Shown: one piece after another, positions 11,842-26,503 of the stretch
Layout: each line of letters begins with the position of its first letter
Numbering within the stretch: the first letter of the stretch is position 1
NCBI GenBank assembly: GCA_030141605.1
Contig: JAQGDQ010000451.1
Coordinates: forward strand, 126,106-190,105
Length of the DNA stretch: 64,000 nt
Direction of reading: 5' to 3'
Origin: Tubiluchus corallicola
Taxonomy: Eukaryota; Animalia; Priapulida
Program-made: the position numbers and the translations under genes
The notes under the pieces: model-generated
What the model was told of the DNA's origin: nothing
The model's input: only the letters and a program-made list of their open reading frames with translations
Database searches by the model: none

Positions 11842-12834
11842 ATGAAATACAACGAGCATACAGTACGTGCCGGGTGGGTTACTTAGGTTATAGACTTATT
11901 AGCTTGTTAAACTAATTAATCTGTAACACTGTTACACTGTTAACCAAATGAGTTGGATGTTACATTGTCGTCGGTAACTGGTTTTCTTTGCATAGTGAGC
12001 AACGGGATTCTTCAAAAAACTGTAAAAAAATACCATTAGTAGTCAGTTGTTTATCGTTTTGGATTGTCTACAATTCAAAATAGTTGTAAAAAAGTTTGCT
12101 CAAGCACCTGGGTAATTGTTTGTATTGCACGATAACCCTATGACGTCATTTTTGTTCAAAATGAGCGCGCCCAAACGTGGATCGCGGCTTTAAATGGGGG
12201 TTTAGCTAATTACACGAGGCGCCTTTTGATTTAAATTAAAAATATTGCATTTCTGTAAAGCAAATTTCTAAACATGTGTAAATTGACAGAGATGGTAAAA
12301 TACATTGGAAACGTGTACCATGCTAATACGTTATATTCTATGAAGAGTATTACTCTCTATACGCTTAATAGACAATATGCAGTATGAGAGCTTACAATGA
12401 TGTAACAATACAACAAACAAACAAACAAGACGCCATTGTTTACCACAATGTATGTAGTTTATTGACTAAAACAAGTTACATGTATACACGAGGAACGAGG
12501 TAAATGCCACAATCGATACATCAGTGATTTTAGTCCCAATGTCACTGTACGTACATTTCCTACTCAAGGTTATAGCATTAAAAACAGTGTTATGAATACA
12601 AGGTAAATACTTTACAACAACAGTTTACTCGAATTGAAAAAGGAATATCGTGTTTCGAACTCTATTCATGTCCTGCTAACATTCAAGAAATGAAAAACAC
12701 AGAGTAAGATGCACAAACGTTCACGAAGTATTACATACTTTTTCAAGGAAGCTTTGTATTTGGCATGCAGACCACAATTGGTAAACAAAAATTAATGCGA
12801 ATCTTATCCTAAATGGTATTTTTTAAGATTGTAA

Positions 12835-13850
12835 GAAAGTTTTTACTGTAACAAACGGTGTTAGACAGGGTAGCGTTTTGTCTCTCTACCTATTTAGTCT
12901 CTCTGTGTGTAGACGACTTCAGTTCTAAGCTGACACATTTGGATTTTGGCTGTGAGATTGGTAATCTCAGTACAAATCATTTATTTTATGCCGATGACAT
13001 GGTACTCCTTGTACCTTGTGGTACTGCCCTGCAATTACTAATCGACTGTTGTGTGAAGTGTGCTAATTCTCATAAAAATCATATTCAGCACAACCAAGAC
13101 AAAATGCATGCTTATAAATGGTAAACCCTGGATTTGGCCCATATTTTGGTTTAATGGCTCTCGTAATTCTTATGATTATTTAGATTATGTATTCACTAGT
13201 GATTTACCTGCCAATGAGGCTATGAAAGCGCAGTTAAAAGGTCTTTATGTAAGGGCAAATACTGTATTGGTTAAGTTGTCTAAATGTTGTGTAAATACGA
13301 AAATACTGGAGTTCAAGTCGTATGTGTGTCAATTTCACATATACACCCTACGGTGCGACCTTTTTCTAATACAACTACACCTTTTTAAAGGTGGCTCACA
13401 ATAACGCATTTCGTAGGCTCTTCAACATTTTGGGAAAATGGAAGCGTAAGTGAAAAATTTGTAAATTTTAATATTCTTAACTATGATGTTATTACACGAA
13501 ATATAACAGGATCCTTTACATATGGGCTGAACAGAACTACCTAATGATATAATTGATAAATTGTATGTTTACTCTACATATCACAATACAGTTATATGAA
13601 CGAATTGGTACAAACTTTGTTTTGCACTATGAAATCAACATCTTTTACCATTACAAAGGTGATTTTTATTGGATTTTATGCCTCTGTATGTTGTATTTTT
13701 AGTGATTTGACTTGTGTTTTTATGCTTTATGTTTGGGTTGCGTGTGTATGTATGTAAGCAAATATTTTAGTAGTGTCTATCGCAATTTTATAGTATAGCC
13801 GAGTGTTTTTTATTTTTTTATACGAAATGTACGAAATAAATTGAAATGTT
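12835..13850 (+). pseudogene. 5'-truncated decayed non-LTR retrotransposon (LINE) RT region, RTE-X-like (clade tentative)
   Basis: Across frameshifts reads FTVTNGVRQGSVLS.YLF, NHLFYADDMVLL, TTKTKCML, LYVRANTVL..LSKC, FKSY and KVAHNNAFRRLF, followed by an AT-rich 3' tail with AATAAA near 13836. Confidence 0.85.
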
Positions 13851-14944
13851 TCCTATTTAAATTGTCTTTAATTGAGATTATGTATTGTCTCCCATTTCTT
13901 GCTGATCTAGTGCAAAACTTGTAATATTCCCCCCGTATTTCTTGCTGATATTACAAAAGTTGTATAATAAAAGCAATCCTTCCAATAGATGTTATTTTAG
14001 GTAAATCGGGGAATATCTATTTTGCCGTATTTTCTAAAAGCACTTGCTTGTCGACCAGCCCAGCTGCACGTCAGACTTAACTGCCTCTATAAAACCAAAA
14101 AAATTCAGTCAGAAATTAAAGTTAACAACCGCCGCAAAAGAAGGCTCTTAATTAGGGCAGTGAAGAGAGAAGTACTTCAGAATGAATACTCCAAGCGAGC
14201 GACCGTCTCTAATGCAACCAACTAAAACGTTAAAATCAAAGAGGCGCGGCGATTCAAGAATCAATTTAACGTCCTCCTCTTACGTCAGCGATAATTGGAA
14301 AGTTTGGCAGTTTTAGCTTTCCATAGCTTCGCACGTCAGCATTGTCAAACTGGCGCGTAAAATGAAAATTTACTGCCTATAATTTTACAAGGTAAAGTCG
14401 GCTGAGCTTACGTTTGACACGTTAATAACCTGCCTTGCACGTATTTTACCTATAACCACATTGATTTTCTGCCTGCTGCAGTCAGGCAGTCATTCAAACA
14501 GGTTTGCTGTGCACATGCGCAGTCAACCTAACAGGTTTGTGCAGGAGAAGCCACGCTATAACTCGAGCAACTAGAGAAGTTGTCGCGTAGCGTGAAGCCT
14601 TCAGTTTTGTAAGAAGCCAAACTTCAAGAATGTTTAACGAGGACTAATATTTAACGGGTGATGATGAGTGAGTGGTGTAAAGTTCACTTTGTGTTGCCAG
14701 AAATACTTGGATGAGGATAATTTCGCATCTAGCGAGAAGCTGCTAACACGGTGCGTTTATAAATAAGCTTCACTATTGGCCACTTATGAGGGCTTCTACA
14801 CGTGTTTGTTTTGCTCAATTATAATATGTTTATTCACCTGGGTTCAATAGGGTGAAATGTATGTTATGCAAAAACATTTTTAAAAGTGTTTGTAGTGGGT
14901 TACGTTGTTTTTACTTTGCAAAAACATTTCGTTTAAATGCTTAA

Positions 14945-15546
14945 AGGAAGACAGTATGATATTTCATATACTAACCCACTTTCAAGTACGGTAAAAAGTA
15001 TATATTTTAACACCAATAATGCAACAAAACCGTATCTGATAATTAAAGAGTAGATTAAAATCTTAATTAACGGCGGGCGAGCCAACTGTTGATGACATCA
15101 CAAACTAACATAATTTTCAACACCAAAAACATTTCATGAACGTGTTGCGCGTGTTTGTACAAAAATTGAAGTACAGTGCTACTGTAAGATATTCAGTGTG
15201 TTGTACCAAAACTCGGCAAGTTTAAGATAAAAACTCAAATTTCAAATTTAGCGCTGTACTCATGCATGAGCTGTCGATCGTGCACAACTAATACATCTGA
15301 ACTGTGAGGTACCACACCTGTTTTTTGTGCAACACTTTCCGAAATCCAGGCGTTAGTGCCCGTCTAACTAAATGAATGGCAAAATGCATGTAACAGGGAA
15401 AAACTAGTGGCGCAAACGTGAAATTGTGTTTGTGTGGTAATAAATCTTCCACGTAAGTCGTTCTTTAAAAAACAGTATGTTTCCATTTAATATTTTAAAG
15501 AGTAGGTTGTTTTGACCCACAGTTTAAGATTGGCTCCAGTTTTGCT
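14945..15546 (+). mobile_element. Kolobok-like non-autonomous element, family B
   Basis: TTAA|AGGAAGACAG ... CAGTTTTGCT|TTAA. Homologous to 16757-17372 (-) and 43961-44574 (+). Confidence 0.8.
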
Positions 15547-16756
15547 TTAACGTGTTTGTTGGCTATGTAAACGCTTGTTTTAGGTGTAAGTCATAAACTT
15601 TCTTTCGGAATCCAATAAGTATCAGTAAAACAACTAACACAAATTGTAAAACAACGTTTCGCTTGACCAGATAAAGAAAATTAAGAAAGTAAAAAGACTC
15701 CGATCTGTGACAAAATTTACAAAACTTTTGCTCGATATCTACCACGAAATTATTATTGTGTTTGGCTACAGAATACAATAGTAACAGACATTTTTAGCTG
15801 TTTCATCATAATAGGGATATATAATTATGGTATATAGCTTTAGAATATATAAAAGACAGCGGTCTAATCCTCATCTCATGTCACATTCTTGGGTATTTCT
15901 TGTTATCATGTACAACTGATTGCTCTTATTGCAGAAACGAACCGTTTCTTATTTCATTATAACTGCGTATTATTTGATACCGAAATGTCAACATTTTATC
16001 ACTTAAACGAAAACAAAACGTTTAAGCCTCTATTGTTACAGACAAGCTTATTCTGTATATAATAAAGTAGCTTAGACCAGTATCGAAAGAAATAGTTACG
16101 AACATTTAATTGCTTGCAATTTTGAGCAGATGCGTTCAGTCAGCTTTCCTCTAAAGCAGATAAGCAGGGATACCATATCTGGGATCGGCAGTTAACCTGT
16201 ACAGTGCCTGGTAAACTTCAAACTTCAACATCAACATTTTTGTGTTTTTAAATACCAATTTAGATGTGAAATAGTCTTCGTTTTAATTCACATATTCACA
16301 TTGCGCAATTAAGCCTTCACTTCTCTTCATTCGAAAAACACGGTAAATTCTTAGTGGTACTTATTTCATGAAGTGGCATCATACACAACTTTAGTACTGG
16401 GTTATTTTTGGCTTAATTTTATTAGCCCCGTACTATAAATTTAATTTTAAAATGTTCTAATATGTAACGAAAATCTTGCCAACAACTGGTACATTCCTGG
16501 CCTATTTACCAGACTTCCTGATGACCTATACAGGAACTATGATTGCACGGTCTAATTAATATTGCAACAGCTCTAGTGAAAGCAATGAATATATTAATTA
16601 TACCAAATTGCTTATAGTAAACACCGTGAATTGATACCAGGCGAAACGTTGTTTTACAATTTGTGTTAGTTGATTTACTGATATTTATTGCATTCCGAAA
16701 GAAAGTTAGTGATTTACACCTAAAACAAGCGTTTACATAGCCAACAAACACTTTAA

Positions 16757-17372
16757 AGCAAAACCGGACCCAATCTTAGACTGTAGTCAAAACAATCTAC
16801 TCTTTAAAATATTGAAAGGAGACACACTGTTTTTTCAAAAATGGCTTACATGAAAGAATTATTACCACACAAACACAGTTTCGCGTTCAAGTCACTAGTT
16901 CTTCGCTGTTACATGCATTCCGCCATTCGTTAGTTAGACGGACACTAGCGCCTGCATTTCGGAAACGCATTGCATAAAAAACAGGTACTGTACTTCTCAG
17001 TTCAGATGTGTTTGTTTCTGACGAACTGCACACGTTCGATAGCTCAATTTCTATCTTAAAACTTCCCTAGTTTTACAATAACACTAATATATTGATTTAC
17101 GATATTTATTTATTAGTGTAATATAAATATCTTACAGTAGCACTGTACTTCAATTTTCACTTTCGCAAACACGTGCAACACGCTCCTGGAACATTTGTGC
17201 TAATGAAAATTATGTTAGTTTGTGATGTCATTAATGGTTGGCCACGCCCGCTGTGTTTTTAATCTATTATTTAATTATCAGAAACGCTTTTGCAGTATTA
17301 ATTGTGCTAAAATGTATACTTTTTATCGGACTTGAAAATGGGGTAGTATATGAAAAATCATCCTGTCTTCCT
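16757..17372 (-). mobile_element. Kolobok-like element, family B (inverted copy)
   Basis: TTAA|AGCAAAACCGG ... CTGTCTTCCT|CTAA. Reverse complement of the 14945 and 43961 copies; shares the pseudo-ORF IYYLIIRNAFAVLIVLKCILFIGLENGVVYEK with the 43961 copy. Confidence 0.8.
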
Positions 17373-18445
17373 CTAAGTACAGACTGTTTGTTGAACAATT
17401 ACTTCGACATCGTTACCATCATCATCGTCGTCGTCGTCGTCAGCATCATCATCATCGTCGTCGTCGTCGTCGTCACTCATTCATTCATTCATTCGTTCAC
17501 TCATTTCAGTTTTAATTATTTGTAGCTAGTTGCTAATGTTTGAATCGCTTATTTAGTGAAATAGCAAATCATCTAAGAACTGAATTGATAAAGAAAACGA
17601 GACTTTGTTCTGAAGACTGAAAATTAAATTTTTAAGGTTTTTTAGGGGATGGTTGTGCCAAAAACGTTTTGTAGAGTTGCCGAGTTGATGAATGATTTAA
17701 TTGTACTCTTGTAAAACCCTGGTCCATAGTTATCTAGAAACAATTTACTGCAACCTGGAGAAGTTTTAGATCTGTATCTTACACAATCCTAATTATTCCC
17801 GTTATTAACCATGTATAAACTAACAAAACAAGCTAGTTTTATGTGAACTTAAAAAGCGAAACGTGCTTCCGGGGGCTTGAGTCGACAGTATCTAAGTTCC
17901 AAAGGTGAGGGAAGGTCTTGAGGATGTTAAAATTTTATCAGCAAATGGAAAGTCCCTACTGACGAGCGTCGAAATGACAGCGGAGCGCACCCCTGTATGA
18001 TCAAATAGAATTATTTATAGTGTCACTAGGATTAAATTGTGTCCCCATAATGTATATATATATATATATATCTAGTATCTTTTGTTAAATGAGGAAATCT
18101 ACCTGTGTTGTACCCTGGTTGTCGGATAATGGTGAGAATTGGCTGAAATTGCCAATCATTACCGTTTGGCTGTTGTTCACGACATTGTCTATCGTATTTC
18201 AAGTCGTCCTACCCACCCACAACAGCAACATTAACAGCAGCCACTGCCACAGTCGTAGCCACAACCGCAGCAGCAACAAGTTAGCAACAACTTCCATGGC
18301 GACGGTTATAAAAATAGAATAATTCTAATTCCAATCAAAAAGTTTCACTCCAACTAATATGCAGAGTTTTTACTTTGTCAGTATTTCTGAACATGAGCTA
18401 CACACATAGGCTTTAGGCGCATTAATTTTTGTTGTTTACAAAACT

Positions 18446-19406
18446 ATAATCCATATCCCAGGATCCCACGCTGTATCATAATCCATATCCCAGGATCCCA
18501 CGCAGTATCATAATCCATATCCCAGGATCCCACGCAGTATCATAATCCATATCCCAGGATCCCACGTAGTATCATAATCCATATCCCAGGATCCCACACA
18601 GTATCATAATCCATATCCCAGGATCCCACGCAGTATCATAATCCATATCCCAGGATCCCACGCAGTATCATAATCCATATCCCAGGATCCCACGTAGTAT
18701 CATAATCCATATCCCAGGATCCCACACAGTATCATAATCCATATCCCAGGATCCCACGCAGTATCATAATCCGTATCCCAGGATCCCACGCAGTATCATA
18801 ATCCATATCCCAGGATCCCACGCAGTATCATAATCCATATCCCAGGATCCCACGCAGTATCATAATCCATATCCCAGGATCCCTCGTAGTATCATAATCC
18901 ATATCCCAGGATCCCACGCAGTATCATAATCCATATCCCAGGATCCCACGCAGTATCATAATCCATATCCCAGGATCCCACGCAGTATCATAATCCATAT
19001 CCCAGGATCCCACGCAGTATCATAATCCATATCCCATAATCCCACGTAGTATCATAATCCATATCCCAGGATCCCACGCAGTATCATAATCCATATCCCA
19101 GGATCCCACGCAGTATCATAATCCATATCCCAGGATCCCACGCAGTATCATAATCCATATCCCAGGATCCCACGTAGTATCATAATCCATATCCCAGGAT
19201 CCCACGTAGTATCATAATCCATATCCCAGGATCCCACGCAGTATCATAATCCATATCCCATAATCCCACGTAGTATCATAATCCATATCCCATAATCCCA
19301 CGTTGTATCATAATCCATATCCCATAATCCCACGCAGTATCATAATCCATATCCCATAATCCCACGCAGTATCATAATCCATATCCCATAATCCCACGCA
19401 ATATCA
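18446..19406. repeat. 32-bp minisatellite, ~30 copies
   Basis: Unit ATAATCCATATCCCAGGATCCCACGCAGTATC; a CATAATCC variant replaces CAGGATCC toward the 3' end. Confidence 0.95.
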
Positions 19407-20263
19407 GTTCACTAATGAAGCCGGTCAAACGTTGTTGACAATAATTACTACACGTCATTTACTCTCGCTCGTGTGCACGTGAAAGAAAACAAATTTATTG
19501 AATTTACGGCTTCCCTCGGGGGGAGAGAGAGCGGTCTCATTTGCCTCCCCAACCTGATCGTGCCTTCCGCCGCCTCACTCCGAGAAGATAGAGAGTCAGA
19601 GTTGACGGAAGAAAGTGCAATTAATGAGGGGAACTTAAATCAACATGGCTGATTACAGGAAGAATCTTCTAACATCAAACTTCTTGTATAAACGTTAGAA
19701 ACTCTCTGCGCTGGTTTTTGTTTGTAAAAGGCGAACGTCGTAAAGTGCAATTAGATTTCCAGCGTCGATACAAAGTGAAGATAAATTTTGTTTGAACTTT
19801 ACCTTTTACTGCAGCAAAGTACAGCAGTCTAGGGGATTTTAAAATCTCTCTGGTTTTGTGCGCATCTGGCAAGACAGAACTTTACAATAACATAACTTTT
19901 ATTTTTTACTTTTATTTAAAATATATTTCAGTACAAATTGTACTGAGTCCAATTAGGTAGGCAGTGGTGGCGGCGGCGGCAGTGGCAGTGGTGATGGTGT
20001 TGGTGGTGTTGGTGGTGGTGGTGATGGTGGTGGTGTTGGTGGCGATGACAGTGGTGGCAGCAGTGGCAACGGAGTTGATGGTGATAGTTCATGGCAGTGA
20101 CTACTGAGACAGCAGTGGGACAACGATTGTTGCTTGTGCAGTACTGAATGTTTTCATTGTCGCCACGGTCTTTGGCTTTTCTCAAGTTTGTCGTTGTCCT
20201 TGTTGTGGCTGCATCTGTCACTCTTTTTATTATTACTTTTATCCTCGTCTCACTCTCCGAGGA

Positions 20264-20530
20264 GGCAAATAGCTGACTGCACGACCGAGGTTGAGCAACA
20301 CTGGGCTTAATCAGTAAATGGATGGGTGACCGCCTGGGTTCTATACTTGTTCTGTGTGATGGGCGGTTTCATTCTGTCGTGCTGCCCGTGGGTGTTTACC
20401 TTGCTGAGGGACGATGTGGGTGAGCACAGGTCTTATTTTACTTGGCAATGAAATAGATTCCGGTCCTGACATAACTACCTGTATTGAGTAAACCTTACTG
20501 TACCCAGCTTACTGAGAATAAAATAAATTA
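20264..20530 (+). mobile_element. tRNA/5S nested-head SINE copy
   Basis: ACCGAGGTTGAGCAACACTGGGCTTAATCAGTAAATGGATGGGTGACCGCCTGG matches the 5S rRNA box A-IE-box C region. It is followed by GTTCTATAC (B-box-like), a shared body and an A-rich tail. Confidence 0.75.
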
Positions 20531-20927
20531 AATCAGTAAACTGGACAATAACGATTAAATACGCTGTGTTAAAATAATTGTGTTTGCAATGAATCTATAA
20601 ATGCTTAATCGAATCGATCGACGCGTTATTGAATTTGCAAATTCAGTAACAAAATGCATTTCCGATAATCCAGTAATATTTTACGCTGAGAGCACTAAAA
20701 GCTTGTTTTCTTACAGTAGACCAGTCAAGAACTCGAGATGTATGGCTATTGTCATGAAAATCAATGATAGCATTGAGATTACGCATAATAAAGATGAATG
20801 CGAAGACAGACATCATCAGTGATACCCAGCGTAACTGAAACCTACTTCCTAATGAAGCCATGTGACCTTGGCAGCAGTTTGTCAGCAATCTGTGGTAAAG
20901 TGGTGTAGAAGCATTGATAAATGAACT

Positions 20928-21192
20928 ATGACGTCAGGAAATTGTGACTATTGGACAGGTTTTAGTGACAACATTAACAGACGGTTTCTGATTGGACTCC
21001 TTTGTTTGACCAGTGTGGTCAATTGTGTGTCTCCGCGTGCTGCGTCCAGTGACCACATGAAGGAGAGTCTTATGCCCAAATCTTGGCGACGAGATGAGTT
21101 TCCTAACCCCCAGGAGAACTTGTACGAGTGTGGGCGGAGGGGAAGAATTTCGTGGGTTTGCGATCCTAACAACATCACCAAATATACAGAAG
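20928..21192 (+). CDS. First coding exon of a secreted/membrane MOLO-1-like (TPM-domain) protein
   Basis: Signal-peptide-like RRFLIGLLCLTSVVNC, then SWRRDEFPNPQENLYECGRRGRISWVCDPNNI, the W...FPNP....CGR.....VCDP motif of the MOLO-1 family. Donor G|GTAAGT follows 21192; a probable acceptor lies at 20716. No next exon found in the window. Confidence 0.8.
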
Positions 21193-21286
21193 GTAAGTGA
21201 GTTTATGTGATCATTAGACCATTTTGTCACAGAAATTAGCCTAATCATAATAGCATGAATAATTGCACAGTTCCTCTCCAAGTTAA

Positions 21287-21950
21287 ATCACAAGAAAACC
21301 ATTCATAAACATAAAGCTTGAAAAATTCGCCTTGAAATTTTATATTACTTACATACTGGCTTTTTGCATATAGGGCTTGCGCCATCAGTCACGCTGTATA
21401 AAACATGTAAATTTAAACTCCCGCGATGACCGTTAGACGCAGCCATTTTGACGATAAGTCATTTGAAACAAGTTTAGATAACATTGAGTAAAGTTTGAAA
21501 AAATAATCAGAGCATTCGTAGCGTGACTAACTAAATAAAATTTTAGATTACAGTATCTTGTCAATAAGTTTAAAAATACGTTTTTTGGTTAGTGAGTGGT
21601 GCCTGGAAGGTGAGTCAGCGACATTTTACCAATTGGCACCAACATTTTAAATTATTATTTCTAGTTACATAAGTCCTTCAAGCAGGTAAGCGAAATGCTA
21701 AGTAATATAGATTAGCATGGAAAACTGTTTGGGACATAATATAACATTTCCTTTCCGTCCCCTGATTTACGTTAGCGTAATGACGTCATGTAATGGCGCC
21801 GTCGGAACAGTATTGCGGGAGATTTAAAATGAAAACAAACAAAAATTCCTTTCAGTGCGAGTACGATATGTGCATAAAATTGCTATACAGTAATATAATT
21901 TTTAAGGCAATTTTTCTGAAAACTACTTCAGGTACCCATTTTCTTGTCCT
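21287..21950 (-). mobile_element. Kolobok-like element, family A (inverted copy)
   Basis: TTAA TSDs at 21283-21286 and 21951-21954. Reverse complement of the 6190 and 37252 copies. Confidence 0.8.
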
Positions 21951-22309
21951 TTAAACATTTTTCACATTATAAATAATACGAAAATTTCAACAATTTGTAT
22001 AAAAGGACTGGAACTGTTTCTACAAGTTATGAAATCTCTAGTTAGAGCTAATACTTGCTCTGCAGGGTTGACTTTTTTACGGAAAAACGCACTATGCTAA
22101 AACAGACCATCAAACGGTTTTCATAAAGAATCTACCAGAACCATTAGTTTCTGATGATGTTCCACTCTGTGCTGTGATTGTGGCTAGTGAGTTTATACTT
22201 CTGTGTTTCTTCCTTGCGTTTTTACTTGCTATAGTTAGTGTTAGTGTTCAGTGTTAATAATATAAATAAAAAGCCTCAAAGTATCAGTAAGTCCGTGTGA
22301 CCTATTTGC

Positions 22310-23877
22310 TTTTTTCTTTCGTCTGAATATAAAGTACAAGACTACTTTGAAGTATCGTGGGGTTTTTCTTTCGTCTGAATATAAAGTACAAGACTACTTT
22401 GAAGTATCGTGGGGTTTTTCTTTCGTCTGAATGTAAAGTACCAGACTACTTTGAAGTATCGTGGGGTTTTTCTTTCGTCTGAATGTAAAGTACAAGACTA
22501 CTTTGAAGTATCGTGAGTTTTTTCTTTCGTCTGAATATAAAGTACAAGACTACTTTGAAATATCGTGAGTTTTTTCTTTCCTCTGAATATAAAGTACAAG
22601 ACTACTTTGAAATATCGTGGGTTTTTTCTTTCCTCTGAAGATGAAGTACAAGACTACTTTGAAATATCGTGGGTTTTTTCTTTCGTCTGAATATAAAGTA
22701 CAAGACTACTTTGAAATATCGTGGGTTTTTTCTTTCGTCTGAATATGAAGTACAAGACTACTTTGAAATATCGTGGGTTTTTTCTTTCGTCTGAATATAA
22801 AGTACAAGACTACTTTGAAATATCGTGGGTTTTTTCTTTCCTCTGAAGATGAAGTACAAGACTACTTTGAAATATCGTGGGTTTTTTCTTTCGTCTGAAT
22901 GTAAAGTACAAGACTACTTTGAAGTATCGTGAGTTTTTTCTTTCGTCTGAATATAAAGTACAAGACTACTTTGAAATATCGTGAGTTTTTTCTTTCCTCT
23001 GAATATAAAGTACAAGACTACTTTGAAATATCGTGGGTTTTTTCTTTCCTCTGAATATGAAGTACAAGACTACTTTGAAATATCGTGGGTTTTTTCTTTC
23101 GTCTGAATATAAAGTACAAGACTACTTTGAAATATCGTGGGTTTTTTCTTTCGTCTGAATATAAAGTACAAGACTACTTTGAAATATCGTGAGTTTTTTC
23201 TTTCGTCTGAATATAAAGTACAAGACTACTTTGAAATATCGTGGGTTTTTTCTTTCCTCTGAAGATGAAGTACAAGACTACTTTGAAATATCGTGGGTTT
23301 TTTCTTTCGTCTGAATATATAGTACAAGACTACTTTGAAATATCGTGGGTTTTTTCTTTCGTCTGAATATGAAGTACAAGACTACTTTGAAATATCGTTT
23401 GTTTTTTCTTTCGTCTGAATATAAAGTACAAGACTACTTTGAAATATCGTGAGTTTTTTCTTTCGTCTGAATATAAAGTACAAGACTACTTTGAAATATC
23501 GTGGGGGTTTTCTTTCGTCTGAATATAAAGTACAAGACTACTTTGAAATATCGTGGGTTTTTTCTTTCGTCTGAATATGAAGTGCACGACTACTTTGAAG
23601 TATCGTGGGGGTTTTCTTTCGTCTGAATATAAAGTACAAGACTACTTTGAAATATCGTCGGTTTTTTCTTTCGTCTGAATATGAAGTACAAGACTACTTT
23701 GAAATATCGTGGGTTTTTTCTTTCGTCTGAATATATAGTACAAGACTACTTTGAAATATCGTGGGTTTTTCTTTCGTCTGAATATAAAGTACAAGACTAC
23801 TTTGAAATATCGTGGGTTTTTTCTTTCGTCTGAATATGAAGTACAAGACTACTTTGAAATATCCTGGGTTTTTTTCT
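22310..23877. repeat. 52-bp minisatellite, ~30 copies
   Basis: Unit approximately TTTTTCTTTCGTCTGAATATAAAGTACAAGACTACTTTGAAATATCGTGGGT. Confidence 0.95.
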
Positions 23878-24382
23878 GTTTTTCAGTTGTAATATTTTTT
23901 AATTCACCAGAGAAGAGCCGAAGACAATTTATAGACACCGATAAAGCATTTACTACTGCGTAATTGAAACGACGTTTCGCATGTTTTCGGAAGCCACAAT
24001 TTCTATAAACTGTATAGAAATTCATTAGTCTGTTCTTCATGATCAAACAGCCTGTAATGGGGCTCTGGCGTAACGCTGCATAAGCTCCAGCAATCGTTTA
24101 GCAAGCTTAATGAGGAGAATGCGAATTTGAGACTTCATAAACAGCTGAAAAACGTTTTCACGACACGTGTTTACAATTTTATAGCCCATGTTGCAGGGCT
24201 TATAATTCCAGTTCTCCATCCACACAGCGCGTCTGCATAAAATGCGGGTACGCTTCCTGACTGAATTAAATCATGTGTGACGTCACGGAGTGGCAGGTGA
24301 CATTTTTACAGGCTTAGCGAAGCTATTTTTGATTCGCGCATTGTAAAGCTGCGCAAACGACAAGAATATACAGTAGAATAAA

Positions 24383-24441
24383 ATAACAACAACAGCAACA
24401 GCAGCAACAACAACAATAATAATAATAATAATAATAACAAT

Positions 24442-24495
<54 letters not shown>

Positions 24496-24590
24496 AATAA
24501 TAATAACGACAACAACAACAACAATAACAACAACAACAATAACAACAATAATAATAATAATAATAACAACGACAACGATAATAATAATAA
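24383..24590. repeat. (AAC)n/(AAT)n microsatellite
   Basis: Direct reading. Confidence 0.95.
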
Positions 24591-25157
24591 AATTCTTTAT
24601 TGCCTTTAAATTGCACACCAAAAATGATGTTACAATCAGTATGGTAAACTGTTGTCAGCAATGGTGTTTTTAGAGTAAAACTACATTTAAGATAAAAACA
24701 CAAATGAAATTCTAATTATAATAACACATTTCATAAACTCATTTTGAGGGTAGTAAGATGTACACATTACACATTAAATACAATATACAAATACGATACA
24801 CATTGAATGCAATACATAAATACATTTACAAAATTTACAGTAGGATTTTACGCTATAAAGTACAGACTACAGGTCATGGGAATACAAAAAAATGTCTTTG
24901 CTTAATTCTCTTTGTACGTCAAGACAGTATTTTTTAGTTCTTTGTTGAACTTTTTTACGTAAAATATTTTTACAGATTTTGCGTTAAGTGGCAAGCGTTC
25001 CAGGTGTTTATTGTTGTTTTACAAAAACAGAATTGGGTCCATATTTGTTATCTGTTTTTATTTGTTTTATGCTGTGTGTTCTATTGTTTAACTTTCTCTC
25101 ATAGGTTGTATTATCTCACCACCGAAAAAGCGATTCATCGTCGAAAAAAATCCGGAT

Positions 25158-25740
<583 letters not shown>

Positions 25741-26113
25741 AGAGCAAATTGTGTATTTAATTTAGTTTATGTTAGTTATTTAATGCGGTCTTAGTTTGTG
25801 GACATTGCTTTGACTGCTTCCTTCATTCTCCATAATTTTCTTTCTCTTGCTAGCAGCTAGAGTCCCACGTCTTCCAGCTTTATTCTAATATCGCTAGATT
25901 TTTTAGCTATTATGTCAGTGAAAGTTAAGATTCTATCACTGAACTACCGACTTAAATCAAACGAAGGAACAATCTTGGTGTCAATTTATCCAAATTTCAC
26001 AACTCAAAATGGATGATATTGTCATTATTACTGCTGTCAATGACATCCATCTACCCGCTTCACAAAAAAACTGCAACTTTTTGGACAGCACTGAAAGTTT
26101 GGCTAGGCATGAC

Positions 26114-26222
26114 CAGGGCTTATTTCAAGGTGGGGAAGTGGGGATACTTCCCCGGTGCCTCACCCTCCATGGGGGCCTCGCGCCAAGGCAACATTTTTTT
26201 GCTTTATGCGAACATACTGCCT

Positions 26223-26298
<76 letters not shown>

Positions 26299-26503
26299 CT
26301 GCACGCGCGCCGTTTACCAGTATTGACAAGTATTAAGGACTGGTCTTGAGAATAAAGCAGTTTTTCTTTCAATTGTTCTTTCCTTTAACAACTGTATAAC
26401 TCCAGTTCAAAAATTTTCTGGGCGCCAACCACGGTAGCGCCCGCCCCCCGGCGCTCCCCCCCCCCCACTTCCCCGGGCCTCGCCTAGGCTGAAATAGGCC
26501 CTG
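26114..26503. mobile_element. hAT-like MITE with internal (CT)n
   Basis: TIRs CAGGGCTTATTTCA / TGAAATAGGCCCTG; 8-bp TSD GGCATGAC / GGCATGGC (one mismatch); subterminal GGGGAAGTGGGG / CCCCACTTCCCC. Confidence 0.85.

Noticed and set aside
20283-20340. 5S rRNA gene
   Set aside because: Only the internal ~55 nt resemble 5S. The 5' and 3' helix-I strands are missing and the copies are diverged.
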